Shown here: positions 62,369-64,000 of the stretch, piece after piece
Numbering within the stretch: the stretch's first letter is position 1
Layout of the letters: every line of letters starts with the position of its first letter
Assembly (NCBI GenBank): GCA_017403825.1
Contig: JAFRDO010000014.1
Span: forward strand, 629-64,628
Direction of reading: 5' to 3'
DNA length: 64,000 nucleotides
From: Kiritimatiellia bacterium
GTDB taxonomy: Bacteria > Verrucomicrobiota > Kiritimatiellia > RFP12 > UBA1067
Notes under the pieces: generated by a model
What the model was told of the DNA's origin: nothing
Database searches by the model: none
Seen by the model: only the letters and a program-made list of their open reading frames with translations
Translations under genes and position numbers: made by a program

Positions 62369-63496
62369 ATGAACATGAAGCTGACGTTGCGTACCGGAAC
62401 GATCGTTTCCGCCTTCGCCGTAATGCTGGCTCTCCGTGCAGAGCCTGTCAAGGTAATCTTCGACACCGACATGCTGACCGACTTCGACGACGTCGGCGCA
62501 CTCGCCTGCCTCCATGCGCTCGCCGACGCAGGCGAGTGCGAGATACTCGCGACAGTCAGCTGCACGCGCGGCAATGCGTCCGTCGGCACAATCGAAATCA
62601 TCAACCGATACTACGGCCGTCCCGACATTCCGGTCGGCGCGCCTAAAGGCATCGGCGTCCTGGGCGCGTTCGCAGGGGCAAGCGCAAAGGTCGATCCCAC
62701 GGCACCGCTCGGCGAGCGCAAGGGCGTTGACGGCGGACACTACAAATACCGCAAGCTGCTCGCGGACTATCCCGGCTGGTACCGCTACGCCGATTCGGAC
62801 GACGCGCCGGACGCGAACGAGGTCTACCGGAAAGCCCTTGCCGCGCAGCCGGACGGGAGCGTAGTGATATGCTCCGTCGGGTTCCTGACCAACATCCGCC
62901 GCCTTCTCGAAACTCAGCCCGACGCCATTTCGCCGCTGGACGGTAGGGCGCTCGTAGCCAAGAAAGTGAAGAAGTGGGTCGCGATGGCATGCCGGTATCC
63001 GAACGGGAAGGAGTACAATTCACAGTGGGACGCCGAGTCGTCGCGCATTGCGCTCGAACACTGGCCGACGCCAGTCGTGTTCTCCGACTGGTCCTACGGA
63101 TTTGACATCTTCGCTGGCAGGGCCCTGGCAGAGTCGGACGCCTCCGGACGCAATCCAGTGCGCGACGTGTTCGCCGGGAACATCCCTTCGCGGGACGAGG
63201 TGCGCCGCGACCCCGCAAAGTGGCTTAGGGCCTGCTACGGAATGGGCGGACGAAGTTCGTGGGACGAGACAGCCGTGCTCGCGGCGGTCCGCGGCGAGAC
63301 CAGCTACTTTAACGTCGTGCGCGGCACATACCGCATGGTCGGCAACGACGGCACCGACGAATGGGCGCCTTCGGAGGACGGCCCGCACATCCGCATCACA
63401 GAGAAGCTTTCAAAGACCGAGGTCGGCCGCACAATCGACGAGCTCATGTGCCGTCCTCCGGCAAAGGCAGTCACGGCGAGGAAGACGACGAAATGA
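62369..63496 (+). CDS. Secreted inosine-uridine-preferring nucleoside hydrolase-family protein
   Basis: Signal peptide MNMKLTLRTGTIVSAFAVMLALRA, then the IU_nuc_hydro aspartate cluster VIFDTDMLTDFDDVGAL. Confidence 0.7.
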   Translation: MNMKLTLRTGTIVSAFAVMLALRAEPVKVIFDTDMLTDFDDVGALACLHALADAGECEILATVSCTRGNASVGTIEIINRYYGRPDIPVGAPKGIGVLGAFAGASAKVDPTAPLGERKGVDGGHYKYRKLLADYPGWYRYADSDDAPDANEVYRKALAAQPDGSVVICSVGFLTNIRRLLETQPDAISPLDGRALVAKKVKKWVAMACRYPNGKEYNSQWDAESSRIALEHWPTPVVFSDWSYGFDIFAGRALAESDASGRNPVRDVFAGNIPSRDEVRRDPAKWLRACYGMGGRSSWDETAVLAAVRGETSYFNVVRGTYRMVGNDGTDEWAPSEDGPHIRITEKLSKTEVGRTIDELMCRPPAKAVTARKTTK

Positions 63497-64000
63497 AGAA
63501 AATAGTAGTCTTGGGTTCCACGAACACCGACATGGTGATTTCGGGCAGGAAGATTCCCGTGCCCGGCGAAACGGTGTCAGGCGGGCATTTCATGATGAGC
63601 CCCGGCGGCAAAGGCGCAAACCAGGCAGTAGCCGTTGCGAGGCTTTCGGCGAAGCGCGGCGCGTGCGTGTTCATGGCGAAGGTCGGCGACGACCTCTTCG
63701 GACGCGACACGGCGCGACGAATGAAGAAGGAAGGAATAGCCGCGCGGCTGGTCATAGACAAGAAAGAGCCTTCCGGCACGGCCCTCATCCTCGTCGATGC
63801 GAAGGGACAGAACGTCATTTCCGTCGCGCTCGGCGCGAACGGGACGCTTTCATCGGCAGACATCGCTCCATTCAAGGACGAGATCAAGGGTGCAGCGGCC
63901 CTGCTTATGCAGCTCGAAACGCCGCTCGACACAGTTGCATGGGCGGCGAAGGTCGCGCACAGCGAAGGAGTGCCGGTGATACTCAACCCGGCCCCGGCGC
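63493..64000 (+). CDS. rbsK: Ribokinase (PfkB family), 3' end beyond the window; not in the ORF track
   Basis: The ATG overlaps the previous stop (ATGA). Manual translation: MKKIVVLGSTNTDMVISGRKIPVPGETVSGGHFMMSPGGKGANQAVAVARL.... This is the canonical ribokinase N-terminus (GSxNxD, GGKGANQA). The frame is open to the window edge. Confidence 0.8.
   Translation, partial: MKKIVVLGSTNTDMVISGRKIPVPGETVSGGHFMMSPGGKGANQAVAVARLSAKRGACVFMAKVGDDLFGRDTARRMKKEGIAARLVIDKKEPSGTALILVDAKGQNVISVALGANGTLSSADIAPFKDEIKGAAALLMQLETPLDTVAWAAKVAHSEGVPVILNPAPA

Noticed and set aside
1-64000. Search by eye for tRNA/rRNA genes, CRISPR arrays, transposases, integrases, phage genes, toxin-antitoxin pairs or classic defence genes
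   Set aside because: None found. All intergenic spacers are under 400 nt and lack cloverleaf-like or repeat-spacer structure. No ORF shows DDE, tyrosine/serine recombinase or nuclease/defence motifs.

Overview
This is a high-GC chromosomal segment from a Gram-negative bacterium. The taxonomic guess (PVC-superphylum-like, e.g. Lentisphaerota or Kiritimatiellota style) is inference from gene content only. I saw no rRNA, tRNA, CRISPR array, transposase or integrase.

Gene layout:
(1) <1-3752 (-): two secreted proteins. One is a DUF2341/LamG repeat protein that runs off the left edge and is absent from the ORF track.
(2) 3938-17156 (+): four hybrid sensor histidine kinases plus one stand-alone Hpt protein. 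The sensors are one GAF type, one double solute-binding-domain type and two tandem permease-fused types. Two short polysaccharide-gene relics bracket the second kinase.
(3) 17192-17692 (-): an orphan PTS-EIIA(Ntr)-like gene.
(4) 17733-34488 (-): a tightly packed ~16.7 kb, 11-gene operon. I read it as a synthase-dependent exopolysaccharide system. It encodes a hyaluronan/chitin-synthase-like GT2 with a zinc ribbon, PgaB/PgaA-like deacetylase/TPR/beta-barrel giants, an MBOAT plus SGNH acylation pair, and an unusual tail of REC-PAS, a KaiC-like protein with a dead Walker A, an ExeA/ExeB-like pair and a GHL10-like hydrolase. Its porin gene is broken by a G8 homopolymer frameshift, and a C9 tract sits upstream of the operon promoter.
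(5) 34683-41094 (-): fabD-fabG-acpP followed by an LpxC-like gene and an SDR, then an EamA transporter and argS.
(6) 41256-42809 (+): a Tat-exported metallophosphoesterase.
(7) 42828-59403 (-): a Cys-rich secreted protein as its own unit, then an ~15.7 kb operon. The operon encodes a SurA/PrsA-like PPIase, two giant secreted proteins (1567 and ~1369 aa), a CGHC thioredoxin-fold protein, a Wzy_C/O-antigen-ligase-like protein and a polyprenyl-phosphate sugar transferase.
(8) 59698->64000 (+): GH20 hexosaminidase, a TIM-barrel-like protein, a secreted nucleoside-hydrolase-like protein and rbsK (partial at the right edge).

Most long ORFs antisense to these genes are high-GC shadow ORFs. All domain calls come from motif recognition by eye; no database search was run.
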